From assembly GCF_006345805.1 (NCBI RefSeq), contig NC_043000.1, positions 67,766,001-67,830,000 of the forward strand: 64,000 nucleotides of DNA. The letters run 5' to 3'. The DNA is from Octopus sinensis (lineage: Eukaryota). How positions within the stretch are numbered: the first letter of the stretch is position 1; each line of letters begins with the position of its first letter. A program made the position numbers and the translations under genes. Below, piece by piece: positions 53,380 to 64,000 of this stretch. Below the pieces are notes generated by a model, which made no database searches, was not told the origin of the DNA, and worked only from the letters and a program-made list of their open reading frames with translations.

Positions 53380-54782
53380 CTGAAATCAAACAGTAATCTT
53401 TGAATAATACCTTATAACAATAATTTTCATTCAAAAATAAAGACCAAAAATTAAAAATAATTTTAAGAAGAGTTGCATATAAAAAAAAATCAGATGAGAT
53501 GTAACTGAAATCTATTGATCTAAGTTTAGAAAGTATTGTTAATGATAAATTTCAAGCACGACCCTTTCCCTCTTTTTACTCTTTTTACTTGTTTCAGTCA
53601 TTTGACTGTAGCCATGCTGGAGCACCGCCTTTAGTCAAGCAAATCAACCCCAGGTTTTTTCTTTGTAAGCCTGCAGCTAAAGTTTATTTCTATGTTATTT
53701 CTTTTGGTAGATTAGTGGGTTTTTGGGAAAGAGTTTATTAACAAAAGAAAATAACTATTTTTATACATTGAATTTTATACATATGATATACAGAAGATGA
53801 AGTCTTCTATAAAGCAGATAAAATCCCATTGTCTAGATATATTTTTTTAGGCATTCATAAATCAGATACATTCATTTCCATTTTTGCCACTCATCACAGC
53901 ATCAGTAAAATAGTAAAACCTAGGTATGTATGATATACCTAATACTGCAATACAAAAGCAAACTACCTATGATATTAGAGTGTAGGACTACACACTAAAA
54001 AGACATGAACTCAAACCTTGTTGTTATGATTGTTGTTTAGCCCCAGGTTAATCTTGATTGGGGAAATTGTGATCTATCTGCTATATCAAACACTACAATA
54101 TTCAGTGTGCCCTTATCTTTTTAAAACAAAAGTTTGATTTGAGGGTGGTTTAGATGCTATTTCTTTCCAGCCAAACAACAATGTAGAGGCTTCCTTGTTG
54201 GCTCAAACATGTAAACACTTAGTGAGTAACACTATCAGGTTTTGTTTGAGTGATTAAACAGTAGAAAAGTACTCAGCACTTTGCTACATGATCAATGGAA
54301 GCATTTAAATGTTTTTTTAAATCCTATTCTTGCCAATATTTATAAAATAATAAATGCAACACAGTTTTCAACATCCATGAAGTAAAAGCAACAAAGAAAA
54401 TTCTTTAACCCTTCAGCATTTAAACCAGCCATACCCAGCCCAAATATTCTATCTGCTCTATGTTCAAACTGGCCAGCTTCTCACACCTTCCTGACAATCA
54501 TCATCATCATCATCGTCGTTTAACGTCCGTTCTCCATGCTAGCATGGGTTGGACGGTTCGACCGGGGTTCTGGGAAGCCAGAAGGCTGCACCAGGCTCCA
54601 GTCTAATTTGGCAATGTTTCTACAGCTGGATGCCCTTCCTAACGCCAACCACTCCGTGAGTGTAGTGGATGCTTTTTACGTGCCACCTGCACAGGTGCCA
54701 GGCGGGGCTGGCAACGGCCACGGTCAGATTGGTGTATTTTATGTGCCACCGGCACGGAAGCCAGTCGAGGCGGTGCTGGCAT

Positions 54783-55390
54783 CGGCCACGAGTCGGATAG
54801 TGCTTTTTACGTACCACCAGACCAGGGATCCTGGCTGGTTCAATTCGATTTCGATTTCGATTTCGCTTGCCCCAACATGTCTTCACAAGCAAAGGGGGTT
54901 GGCAAGGGTGCCTGTCGTACGGTCGCATTGGAGTATTTTACGTGCCACGGCCACGAGTCGGATAGTGCTTTACGTACCACCAGACCAGGGATACTGGCTG
55001 GTTCAATTCGATTTCGATTTCGCTTGCCCCAACATGTCTTCACAAGCAAAGGGGGTTGGCAAGGGTGCCTGTCGTACGGTCGCATTGGAGTATTTTACGT
55101 GCCACGGCCACGAGTCGGATAGAGCTTTACGTACCACCAGACCAGGGATCCTGGCTGGTTCAATTCGATTTCGATTTCGCTTGCCCCAACATATCTTCAC
55201 AAGCAAAGGGGGTTGGCATGGGTGCCTGTCGTACGGTCGCATTGGAGTATTTTACGTGCCACGGCCCCGAGTCGGATAGTGCTTTTTACGTACCACCAGG
55301 CCAGGGATCCTGGCTGGTTCAATTCGGTTTCGATTTCGATTTCGATTTCGCTTGCCCCAACATGTCTTCGCAAGCATGGGGGGTGGGATG
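54783..55390. repeat. Tandem ~157-bp repeat (about 4 copies) inside the RTE 3' UTR
   Basis: cggcc(a/c)cgagtcggatag starts at 54783, 54948, 55105 and 55262. Confidence 0.92.
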
Positions 55391-55485
55391 GGTGTCTGTC
55401 GTCGGATGAGGTTCTATATCGACTTCGCTTGCCTCAACCGGTCTTTGTGTCCAAGGGAGGAAAGGCATTCATAAGTGGGCTGGGC

Positions 55486-58400
55486 TCACTTGTCCTGCCT
55501 GGTCTTCTCACGTACAGAATATTTCCAAAGGTCTCGGTCTCTGGTCATTTCCTCAGTGAGGCCTAAAGTTCGAAGGTCGTGCTTCACCACCTCGTCCCAG
55601 GTTTTCCTGGGTCTACCTCTTCCACGGGTTCCCTCAACTGCTAGGGATTGGCACTTTCTCACACACCTATCTTCATCCATTCTCGCCACATGACCATACC
55701 AGCGCAATCGTCTCTCTTGCACACCACAACTGATGCTTCTTAGGTACAACATTTCTCTCAAGGTGCTAACGCTCTGTCGAGTATGTACACTGACATTACA
55801 CATCCATCGGAGCATACTGGCTTCATTCCTCACGAGCTTACGCATGTCCTCAGCAGTCACAGCCCATGTTTCGCTGCCATGTAGCATGGCTGTTCGTACA
55901 CACGCATCATACAGTCTGCCTTTTACTCTGAGCGAGAGGCCTTTAGTCACCAGCAGAGGTAAGAGCTCCCTAAACTTTGCCCAGGCTATTCTTATTCTAG
56001 CAGTTACACTTTCAGCGCACCCACCCCCACTACTGACTTGGTCACCTAGATAACGGAAGCTATCAACTACTTCTAGTTTTTCCCCCTGGAAAGTGACGGA
56101 AGTTGTTTTCTGCAGATTTTCGGAGGTTAATGCTCCCGAGCATCTGCCACATACAAAAACCATCTTCCCAGTTAGCCTACCTTTGACATTGCTGCACCTC
56201 TTATGTGTCCATAGCTTACACTGGGTACATCTTATAGAGTTTCTACCTACACCTTTTCTACAGATCGAGCAGGGCCATCTTCCTGAAGATATTTGTGGAT
56301 TGTCTACCTTTCTACTTATTAGTACTTTGGTTTTAGCTAGGTTGACTCTAAGGCCCCTTGATTCTAAACCCTCCTTCCACACCTGGAACTTCTCCTCCAG
56401 TTCTGATAGTGACTCAGCAATAAGAGCAAGGTCGTCAGCGTAGAGGAGCTCCCAGGGACAGCCTGTCTTGAATTCCTCCGTAATTGCCTGGAGTACTATG
56501 ATAAATAGGAGGGGGCTGAGTACTGAACCCTGGTGGACCCCAACCTCTACTTTGAATTCTTCTGTGTACATGTTGCCAACCCTAACCTTACTTACGGCAT
56601 CTCTGTACATGGCTTGCACAGTCCTCACCAGCCATTCATCTATCCCTAGTTTCCTCATTGACCACCAGATAAGGGATCGGGGGACCCTATCAAAAGCTTT
56701 CTCCATGTCAACGAAAGCTAGGTACAGGGGCTTATCTTTGGCTAGGTATTTCTCCTGCAGCTGCCTTACCAGGAATATAGCATCAGTGGTACTTTTTCCT
56801 GGCACGAACCCAAACTGCATCTCATCTAAACTAACTCTCTCTCTAATTAGTTGGGCTATGACCCTCTCCGTAACCTTCATTACTTGATCCAACAGCTTGA
56901 TACCTCTGTAATTATTTGTATCTAGGGCATCACCTTTACCTTTGTAGCAGTTGACTAGTATGCTGCTGCACCAGTCATTGGGTATGACTCCTTCGTGTAT
57001 CACCTGGTTGACTATACGGGTGACTAGGTTATAGCCGACACTGCCAGATATTTTGAGCATCTCTGCAGTAATTCCTGATGGGCCTGGGGCTTTCCCTGTC
57101 TTCATGCTTCTAATTGCCTTAGCTACCACGGAACTATCAACTCGGATAGCTGGTCCCTCTGTAGGGTCAACATTCGGCAGACTCTCTTTATCCCATTCAT
57201 TTTCCTCATTCAGTAACCTTTCATAGTGGCGTCTCCAAGCTTCTCTCTTTGCATCCTCATTTAGCGCAAGTGAACCATCCTCCATGCGAACACATTTCTC
57301 TCCTACCACATCACGATTCTCTCTCACACACTGTCTTGCAACACGAAATACCTCAAGTCTTTCATCCTCACGGCGCAGGACATTGGCAAATTTTCTCTTA
57401 TCTGCTTCCCCTCTGGCTAGATAGACCTGTCTCCTAGCTTCCCTTCTGGCAGTCTGATACCCTTCCCTGCTACCACCGTTCTTCCAGGCCTTCCAAGCCT
57501 GTTTCTTTTGTCTAATAGCCCTGTCAACAATATTGTTCCACCACCACGTTATTTTGGGTCTTAAGGGGACTTTGCACCAGCCACAGATCTGGTCAGCGGC
57601 TTTCAGCAGGTTGTCCCTCAGAAACGTCCAGTTGTCTTCTACCCCATGTGTAGCTATACCCCCTTCCACTTCGTCAAAGGCTTCAAGTAACATATCTCTA
57701 AATCTCTGTCCATTCGCAGGGGCTTTAAGCTTCCAGACCCTTCTTCTCCATGTTGGTCGTCTTCTAGTCGCCCTCTTAGTCCTGATCCTAAAGTCACTAA
57801 CTACCAGTCTATGTTGTGGGGTGCATTCTTCGCCTGGGAAGGTTTTGGCATTTTTAAGCAGCCATCTTTCCCTTTTTCTGGCAAGGATGTAGTCGATTTG
57901 GCTAGTATGCCGGCCCGATCGGTAGGTGACCAGGTGGCTTGTTGGTTTCCTGAAGTTAGTGTTGCAGACCATAAGACTATTCGCATCGCAGAACTCCAGC
58001 AGCCTGGTTCCCTCCTCGTTGCGGGAACCATAACCGTAGCCTCCATGTACGCCATGGAAGCCCCCAGCATGTCGTCCAACATGCCCATTGAAATCACCAG
58101 CCACAAAGAGAAGGTCCCTGTCGTTCGTCGGTGAGGTGGTCTGCAGTAGGGTGTCATAGAAACTGTCTTTCTGTCCATCGGGTAGCCCTGGCTGAGGGGC
58201 ATAGGCCGATATAATGGTTGCTAATCTATTATGAAGCACTATTCTAATCTTAAGTATTCTGTCACTTACTCTGATTACCTCAATTACTCTATCTATCCAT
58301 TTCTCAGCGATAATTATACCCACGCCACCAACCCCGTCAGTGTTCCCTGCCCAGAAAATCTTGTACCTGTGTCCCTTGCCTGTGAGGACCCTAGCAGATC

Positions 58401-58608
58401 CTCCTCTCCACCTTATTTCTTGCATACAACATACATCAACACGTCTCCGTTCAAGCATCTCGACTATCTCGCCAGACCTACCTTTCAATGTGCCAACGTT
58501 GAGGGTGCCTACCCTGAGGGTGTGGGAGGTGTGGGCCTCTGAGACCCTGGGATGAGGGGCCGCAGTGTTCTGTACCTGAAAAGAAAGCTTGCATTTGCCA
58601 GATATCAT
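55486..58608 (-). CDS. RTE ORF, 1040 aa: APE endonuclease, reverse transcriptase and PHD finger
   Basis: APE motifs TLNVGTL, MQEIRW, AGDFNGH, SQIDYIL. RT motifs FVDMEKAFD, QGSVLSP, YADD (56431-56442). C4HC3 finger at ~56140-56280. Confidence 0.97.
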   Translation of the reverse strand: MISGKCKLSFQVQNTAAPHPRVSEAHTSHTLRVGTLNVGTLKGRSGEIVEMLERRRVDVCCMQEIRWRGGSARVLTGKGHRYKIFWAGNTDGVGGVGIIIAEKWIDRVIEVIRVSDRILKIRIVLHNRLATIISAYAPQPGLPDGQKDSFYDTLLQTTSPTNDRDLLFVAGDFNGHVGRHAGGFHGVHGGYGYGSRNEEGTRLLEFCDANSLMVCNTNFRKPTSHLVTYRSGRHTSQIDYILARKRERWLLKNAKTFPGEECTPQHRLVVSDFRIRTKRATRRRPTWRRRVWKLKAPANGQRFRDMLLEAFDEVEGGIATHGVEDNWTFLRDNLLKAADQICGWCKVPLRPKITWWWNNIVDRAIRQKKQAWKAWKNGGSREGYQTARREARRQVYLARGEADKRKFANVLRREDERLEVFRVARQCVRENRDVVGEKCVRMEDGSLALNEDAKREAWRRHYERLLNEENEWDKESLPNVDPTEGPAIRVDSSVVAKAIRSMKTGKAPGPSGITAEMLKISGSVGYNLVTRIVNQVIHEGVIPNDWCSSILVNCYKGKGDALDTNNYRGIKLLDQVMKVTERVIAQLIRERVSLDEMQFGFVPGKSTTDAIFLVRQLQEKYLAKDKPLYLAFVDMEKAFDRVPRSLIWWSMRKLGIDEWLVRTVQAMYRDAVSKVRVGNMYTEEFKVEVGVHQGSVLSPLLFIIVLQAITEEFKTGCPWELLYADDLALIAESLSELEEKFQVWKEGLESRGLRVNLAKTKVLISRKVDNPQISSGRWPCSICRKGVGRNSIRCTQCKLWTHKRCSNVKGRLTGKMVFVCGRCSGALTSENLQKTTSVTFQGEKLEVVDSFRYLGDQVSSGGGCAESVTARIRIAWAKFRELLPLLVTKGLSLRVKGRLYDACVRTAMLHGSETWAVTAEDMRKLVRNEASMLRWMCNVSVHTRQSVSTLREMLYLRSISCGVQERRLRWYGHVARMDEDRCVRKCQSLAVEGTRGRGRPRKTWDEVVKHDLRTLGLTEEMTRDRDLWKYSVREKTRQDK

Positions 58609-58702
58609 ACTGAGACTCTAGACTACAACCTGCATAAATTTCAAAGTTTTTGCGCTATATGATCACAATAAACCCTACATAGGGGTGCGGGGGGGGGGTC
58701 AA

Positions 58703-58820
58703 GAAAGATAGAAAACAGAAACTTCCGGTTCTGGTAGAGGGGTGGGAGGGCGGGGTCACCTGAAAGATAGAAAACAGAAACTTCCGGTTCTGGTGGACGG
58801 GTGGGAGGGCGGGGTCACCT
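58703..58820. repeat. Two 59-bp direct repeats containing ETS-like and GC-box motifs
   Basis: gaaagatagaaaacagaaacttccggttctggt..gggagggcggggtcacct twice. Confidence 0.85.
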
Positions 58821-58825
58821 CCAGG

Positions 58826-61800
58826 GAACAACAGGTTTTAAGTTAATACGTAGGGAATTTTCTGCGACAGAAATTACTGAACATCTAGAAACTTCGGGGT
58901 TCGATTAAAACATAATATAAATAGGAGAGAGGGAGAATATTGTAGTGAATTCTGGGGATGGAATAACAACGGGATGACACTGAAATTAAAGGAGGAATTT
59001 AAAATGCATGACAGACAGGAAGCCATGCATACAAGATGGCGAAACAAATAATAGAGAAACGGGATTTAGGGTTACGAATCAACGCTTAAAAAATGAATAT
59101 GAATGACAGGTTGTAAGTTAATTCGCTTAGCTGGTCATTTTTCGAGTCAGTGTTTTGTCAGCAAGATGTAGAATCGAGAAGAAGGACGAGATAAATCGAA
59201 CACTGCTTTATAAAGGGTTAGGGATTGGGGGGGGGGATTATCAGGTGGAAGCATGAGGAAAGAGAGAGGGGGGAAGGAAGAGAGAGAGAGAGAGCTAAGG
59301 GACAACATGTTTAATTCGTAAGGAATTTTCTGCAACAGAAATTACTGAACATCTAGAAACTTCGGGGTTCGAGAAGAATGTAATATAAATAAGAGAGAGA
59401 GAAAATATTTCGTAGGGAATTTAGGGTATCTTTGAACAACAGGTTTTAAGTTAATACGTAGGGAATTTTCTGCGACAGAAATTACTGAACATCTAGAAAC
59501 TTCGGGGTTCGAGAAGAATGTAATATAAATAAGAGAGAGAGAAAATATTCGTAGGGAATTTAGGGTATCTTTGAACAACAGGTTTTAAGTTAATACGTAG
59601 GGAATTTTCTGCGACAGAAATTACTGAACATCTAGAAACTTCGGGGTTCGATTAAAACATAATATAAATAGGAGAGAGGGAGAATATTGTAGTGAATTCT
59701 GGGGATGGAATAACAACGGGATGACACTGAAATTAAAGGAGGAATTTAAAATGCATGACAGACAGGAAGCCATGCATACAAGATGGCGAAACAAATAATA
59801 GAGAAACGGGATTTAGGGTTACGAATCAACGCTTAAAAAATGAATATGAATGACAGGTTGTAAGTTAAATTCGCTTAGCTGGTCATTTTTCGAGTCAGTG
59901 TTTTGTCAGCAAGATGTAGAATCGAGAAGAAGGACGAGATAAATCGAACACTGCTTTATAAAGGGTTAGGGATTGGGGGGGGGGATTATCAGGTGGAAGC
60001 ATGAGGAAAGAGAGAGGGGGGAAGAAGGAAGGAAGAGAGAGAGAGAGCTAAGGGACAACATGTTTAATTCGTAAGGAATTTTCTGCAACAGAAATTACTG
60101 AACATCTAGAAACTTCGGGGTTCGAGAAGAATGTAATATAAATAAGAGAGAGAGAAAATATTTCGTAGGGAATTTAGGGTATCTTTGAACAACAGGTTTT
60201 AAGTTAATACGTAGGGAATTTTCTGCGACAGAAATTACTGAACATCTAGAAACTTCGGGGTTCGAGAAGAATGTAATATAAATAAGAGAGAGAGAAAATA
60301 TTTCGTAGGGAATTTAGGGTATCTTTGAACAACAGGTTTTAAGTTAATACGTAGGGAATTTTCTGCGACAGAAATTACTGAACATCTAGAAACTTCGGGG
60401 TTCGAGAAGAATGTAATATAAATAAGAGAGAGAGAAAATATTTCGTAGGGAATTTAGGGTATCTTTGAACAACAGGTTTTAAGTTAATACGTAGGGAATT
60501 TTCTGCGACAGAAATTACTGAACATCTAGAAACTTCGGGGTTCGAGAGGAATGTAATATAAATAAGAGAGAGAGAAAATATTCGTAGGGAATTTAGGGTA
60601 TCTTTGAACAACAGGTTTTAAGTTAATACGTAGGGAATTTTCTGCGACAGAAATTACTGAACATCTAGAAACTTCGGGGTCGAGAAGAATGTAATATAAA
60701 TAAGAGAGAGAGAAAATATTTCGTAGGGAATTAGGGTATCTTTGAACAACAGGTTTTAAGTTAATACGTAGGGAATTTTCTGCGACAGAAATTACTGAAC
60801 ATCTAGCAACTTCGGGGTTCGAGAAGAATGTAATATAAATAAGAGAGAGAGAAAATATTTCGTAGGGAATTTGGGTATCTTTGAACAACAGGTTTTAAGT
60901 TAATACGTAGGGAATTTTCTGCGACAGAAATTACTGAACATCTAGAAACTTCGGGGTTCGAGAAGAATGTAATATAAATAAGAGAGAGAGAAAATATTTC
61001 GTAGGGAATTTAGGGTATCTTTGAACAACAGGTTTTAAGTTAATACGTAGGGAATTTTCTGCGACAGAATTACTGAACATCTAGAAACTTCGGGGTTCGA
61101 GAAGAATGTAATATAAATAAGAGAGAGAGAAAATATTTCGTAGGAATTTAGGGTATCTTTGAACAACAGGTTTTAAGTTAATACGTAGGGAATTTTCTGC
61201 GACAGAAATTACTGAACATCTAGAAACTTCGGGGTTCGATTAAAACATAATATAAATAGGAGAGAGGGAGAATATTGTAGTGAATTCTGGGGATGGAATA
61301 ACAACGGGATGACACTGAAATTAAAGGAGGAATTTAAAATGCATGACAGACAGGAAGCCATGCATACAAGATGGCGAAACAAATAATAGAGAAACGGGAT
61401 TTAGGGTTACGAATCAACGCTTAAAAAATGAATATGAATGACAGGTTGTAAGTTAAATTCGCTTAGCTGGTCATTTTTCGAGTCAGTGTTTTGTCAGCAA
61501 GATGTAGAATCGAGAAGAAGGACGAGATAAATCGAACACTGCTTTATAAAGGGTTAGGGATTGGGGGGGGGGATTATCAGGTGGAAGCATGAAGGAAGAG
61601 AGAGAGAGAGAGCTAAGGGACAACATGTTTAATTCGTAAGGAATTTTCTGCAACAGAAATTACTGAACATCTAGAAACTTCGGGGTTCGAGAAGAATGTA
61701 ATAAAATAAGAGAGAGAGAGAAAATATTTCGTAGGGAATTTAGGGTATCTTTGAACAACAGGTTTTAAGTTAATACGTAGGGAATTTTCTGCGACAGAAA

Positions 61801-64000
61801 TTACTGAACATCTAGAAACTTCGGGGTTCGAGAAGAAGTAATATAAATAAGAGAGAGAGAAAATATTTGTAGGGAATTTAGGGTATCTTTGAACAACGGT
61901 TTTAAGTTAATACGTAGGGAATTTTCTGCGACAGAAATTACTGAACATCTAGAAACTTCGGGGTTCGAGAAGAATGTAATATAAATAGAGAGAGAGAAAA
62001 TATTTCGTAGGGAATTTAGGGTATCTTTGAACAACAGGTTTTAAGTTAATACGTAGGGAATTTTCTGCGACAGAAATTACTGAACATCTAGAAACTTCGG
62101 GGTTCGAGAGGAATGTAATATAAATAAGAGAGAGAGAAAATATTTCGTAGGGAATTAGGGTATCTTTGAACAACAGGTTTTAAGTTAATACGTAGGGAAT
62201 TTTCTGCGACAGAAATTACTGAACATCTAGAAACTTCGGGGTTCGAGAAGAATGTAATATAAATAAGAGAGAGAAAATATTTCGTAGGGAATTTAGGGTA
62301 TCTTTGAACAACAGGTTTTAAGTTAATACGTAGGGAATTTTCTGCGACAGAAATTACTGAACATCTAGAAACTTCGGGGTTCGAGAAGAATGTAATATAA
62401 ATAAGAGAGAGAGAAAATATTTCGTAGGGAATTTAGGGTATCTTTGAACAACAGGTTTTAAGTAATACGTAGGGAATTTTCTGCGACAGAAATTACTGAA
62501 CATCTAGAAACTTCGGGGTTCGAGAAGAATGTAATAAAATAAGAGAGAGAGAAAATATTTCGTAGGGAATTTAGGGTATCTTTGAACAACAGGTTTTAAG
62601 TTAATACGTAGGGAATTTTCTGCGACAGAAATTACTGAACATCTAGAAACTTCGGGGTTCGAGAAGAATGTAATATAAAAAGAGAGAGAGAAAATATTTC
62701 GTAGGGAATTTAGGGTATCTTTGAACAACAGGTTTTAAGTTAATACGTAGGGAATTTTCTGCGACAGAAATTACTGAACATCTAGAAACTTCGGGGTTCG
62801 ATTAAAACATAATATAAATAGGAGAGAGGAGAATATTGTAGTGAATTCTGGGGATGGAATAACAACGGGATGACACTGAAATTAAAGGAGGAATTTAAAA
62901 TGCATGACAGACAGGAAGCCATGCATACAAGATGGCGAAACAAATAATAGAGAACGGGATTTAGGGTTACGAATCAACGCTTAAAAAATGAATATGAATG
63001 ACAGGTTGTAGTTAAATTCGCTTAGCTGGTCATTTTTCGAGTCAGTGTTTTGTCAGCAAGATGTAGAATCGAGAAGAAGGACGAGATAAATCGAACACTG
63101 CTTTATAAAGGGTTAGGGATTGGGGGGGGGGATTATCAGGTGGAAGCATGAGGAAAGAGAGAGAGAGAGAGCTAAGGGACAACATGTTTAATTCGTAAGG
63201 AATTTTCTGCACAGAAATTACTGAACATCTAGAAACTTCGGGGTTCGAGAAGAATGTAATATAAATAAGAGAGAGAGAAAATATTTCGTAGGGAATTTAG
63301 GGTATCTTTGAACAACAGGTTTTAAGTTAATACGTAGGGAATTTTCTGCGACAGAAATTACTGAACATCTAGAAACTTCGGGGTTCGATTAAAACATAAT
63401 ATAAATAGGAGAGAGGAGAATATTGTAGTGAATTCTGGGGATGGAATAACAACGGGATGACACTGAAATTAAAGGAGGAATTTAAAATGCATGACAGACA
63501 GGAAGCCATGCATACAAGATGGCGAAACAAATAATAGAGAAACGGGATTTAGGGTTACGAATCAACGCTTAAAAAATGAATATGAATGACAGGTTGTAAG
63601 TTAAATTCGCTTAGCTGGTCATTTTTCGAGTCAGTGTTTTGTCAGCAAGATGTAGAATCGAGAAGAAGGACGAGATAAATCGAACACTGCTTTATAAAGG
63701 GTTAGGGATTGGGGGGGGGGATTATCAGGTGGAAGCATGAGGAAAGAGAGAGAGAGAGAGCTAAGGGACAACATGTTTAATTCGTAAGGAATTTTCTGCA
63801 ACAGAAATTACTGAACATCTAGAAACTTCGGGGTTCGAGAAGAAGTAATATAAATAAGAGAGAGAGAAAAATTTCGTAGGGAATTTAGGGTATCTTTGAA
63901 CAACAGGTTTTAAGTTAATACGTAGGGAATTTTCTGCGACAGAAATTACTGAACATCTAGAAACTTCGGGGTTCGAGAAGAATGTAATATAAATAAGAGA
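58826..64000. repeat. Satellite array: 140-bp monomer interspersed with a ~420-bp variant block; runs off the window
   Basis: Monomer period 140 (e.g. 60187 to 60327). Long block starts at 58904, 59651, 61239, 62801 and 63388. Confidence 0.97.

Larger units (their letters stand above)
54498..58608 (-). mobile_element. Apparently intact RTE-clade LINE; 5' boundary unresolved
   Basis: Single ORF, 3' UTR with the ctggatgcccttcctaacgccaacc motif, and (GAT)n tail at 54498-54520. Confidence 0.95.

Noticed and set aside
55733-58555. Plus-strand ORFs of 60-140 aa overlapping the RTE
   Set aside because: Antisense shadows of a GC-richer coding frame with no recognisable motifs.
59342-62728. Repeated MFKDTLNSLR... 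ORFs
   Set aside because: Translations of the satellite monomer; frames break at random indels.

Overview
This is AT-rich, microsatellite-dense animal genomic DNA; its SINE and RTE content points to a cephalopod, probably Octopus. The first ~22 kb holds three tandem copies of an old duplicated module, all on the minus strand. Each module carries a gene with an intronless CDS encoding a highly divergent, N-terminally truncated cyclin A/B-fold protein (two intact, one with a nonsense codon at position 35). Each also carries a degenerate TTAGGG array and an exon-like block with a short basic ORF. All three cyclins lack the invariant CDK-binding Lys and Glu and any destruction-box region, and all have a splice acceptor exactly 10 nt before the ATG. 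The rest of the window is mostly transposons: Penelope-like elements with hammerhead ribozymes (four in two near-perfect inverted pairs), RTE LINEs (one intact 1040-aa ORF with a PHD finger inside the RT), Gypsy, Helitron, mariner, RLE-type LINEs and tRNA-derived SINEs. A CpG-depleted zone at ~38-54 kb contains candidate exons of an unidentified minus-strand host gene. From 58.8 kb to the end is a 140-bp satellite with irregular higher-order structure. All alignments and counts were done by eye; no database searches were run.
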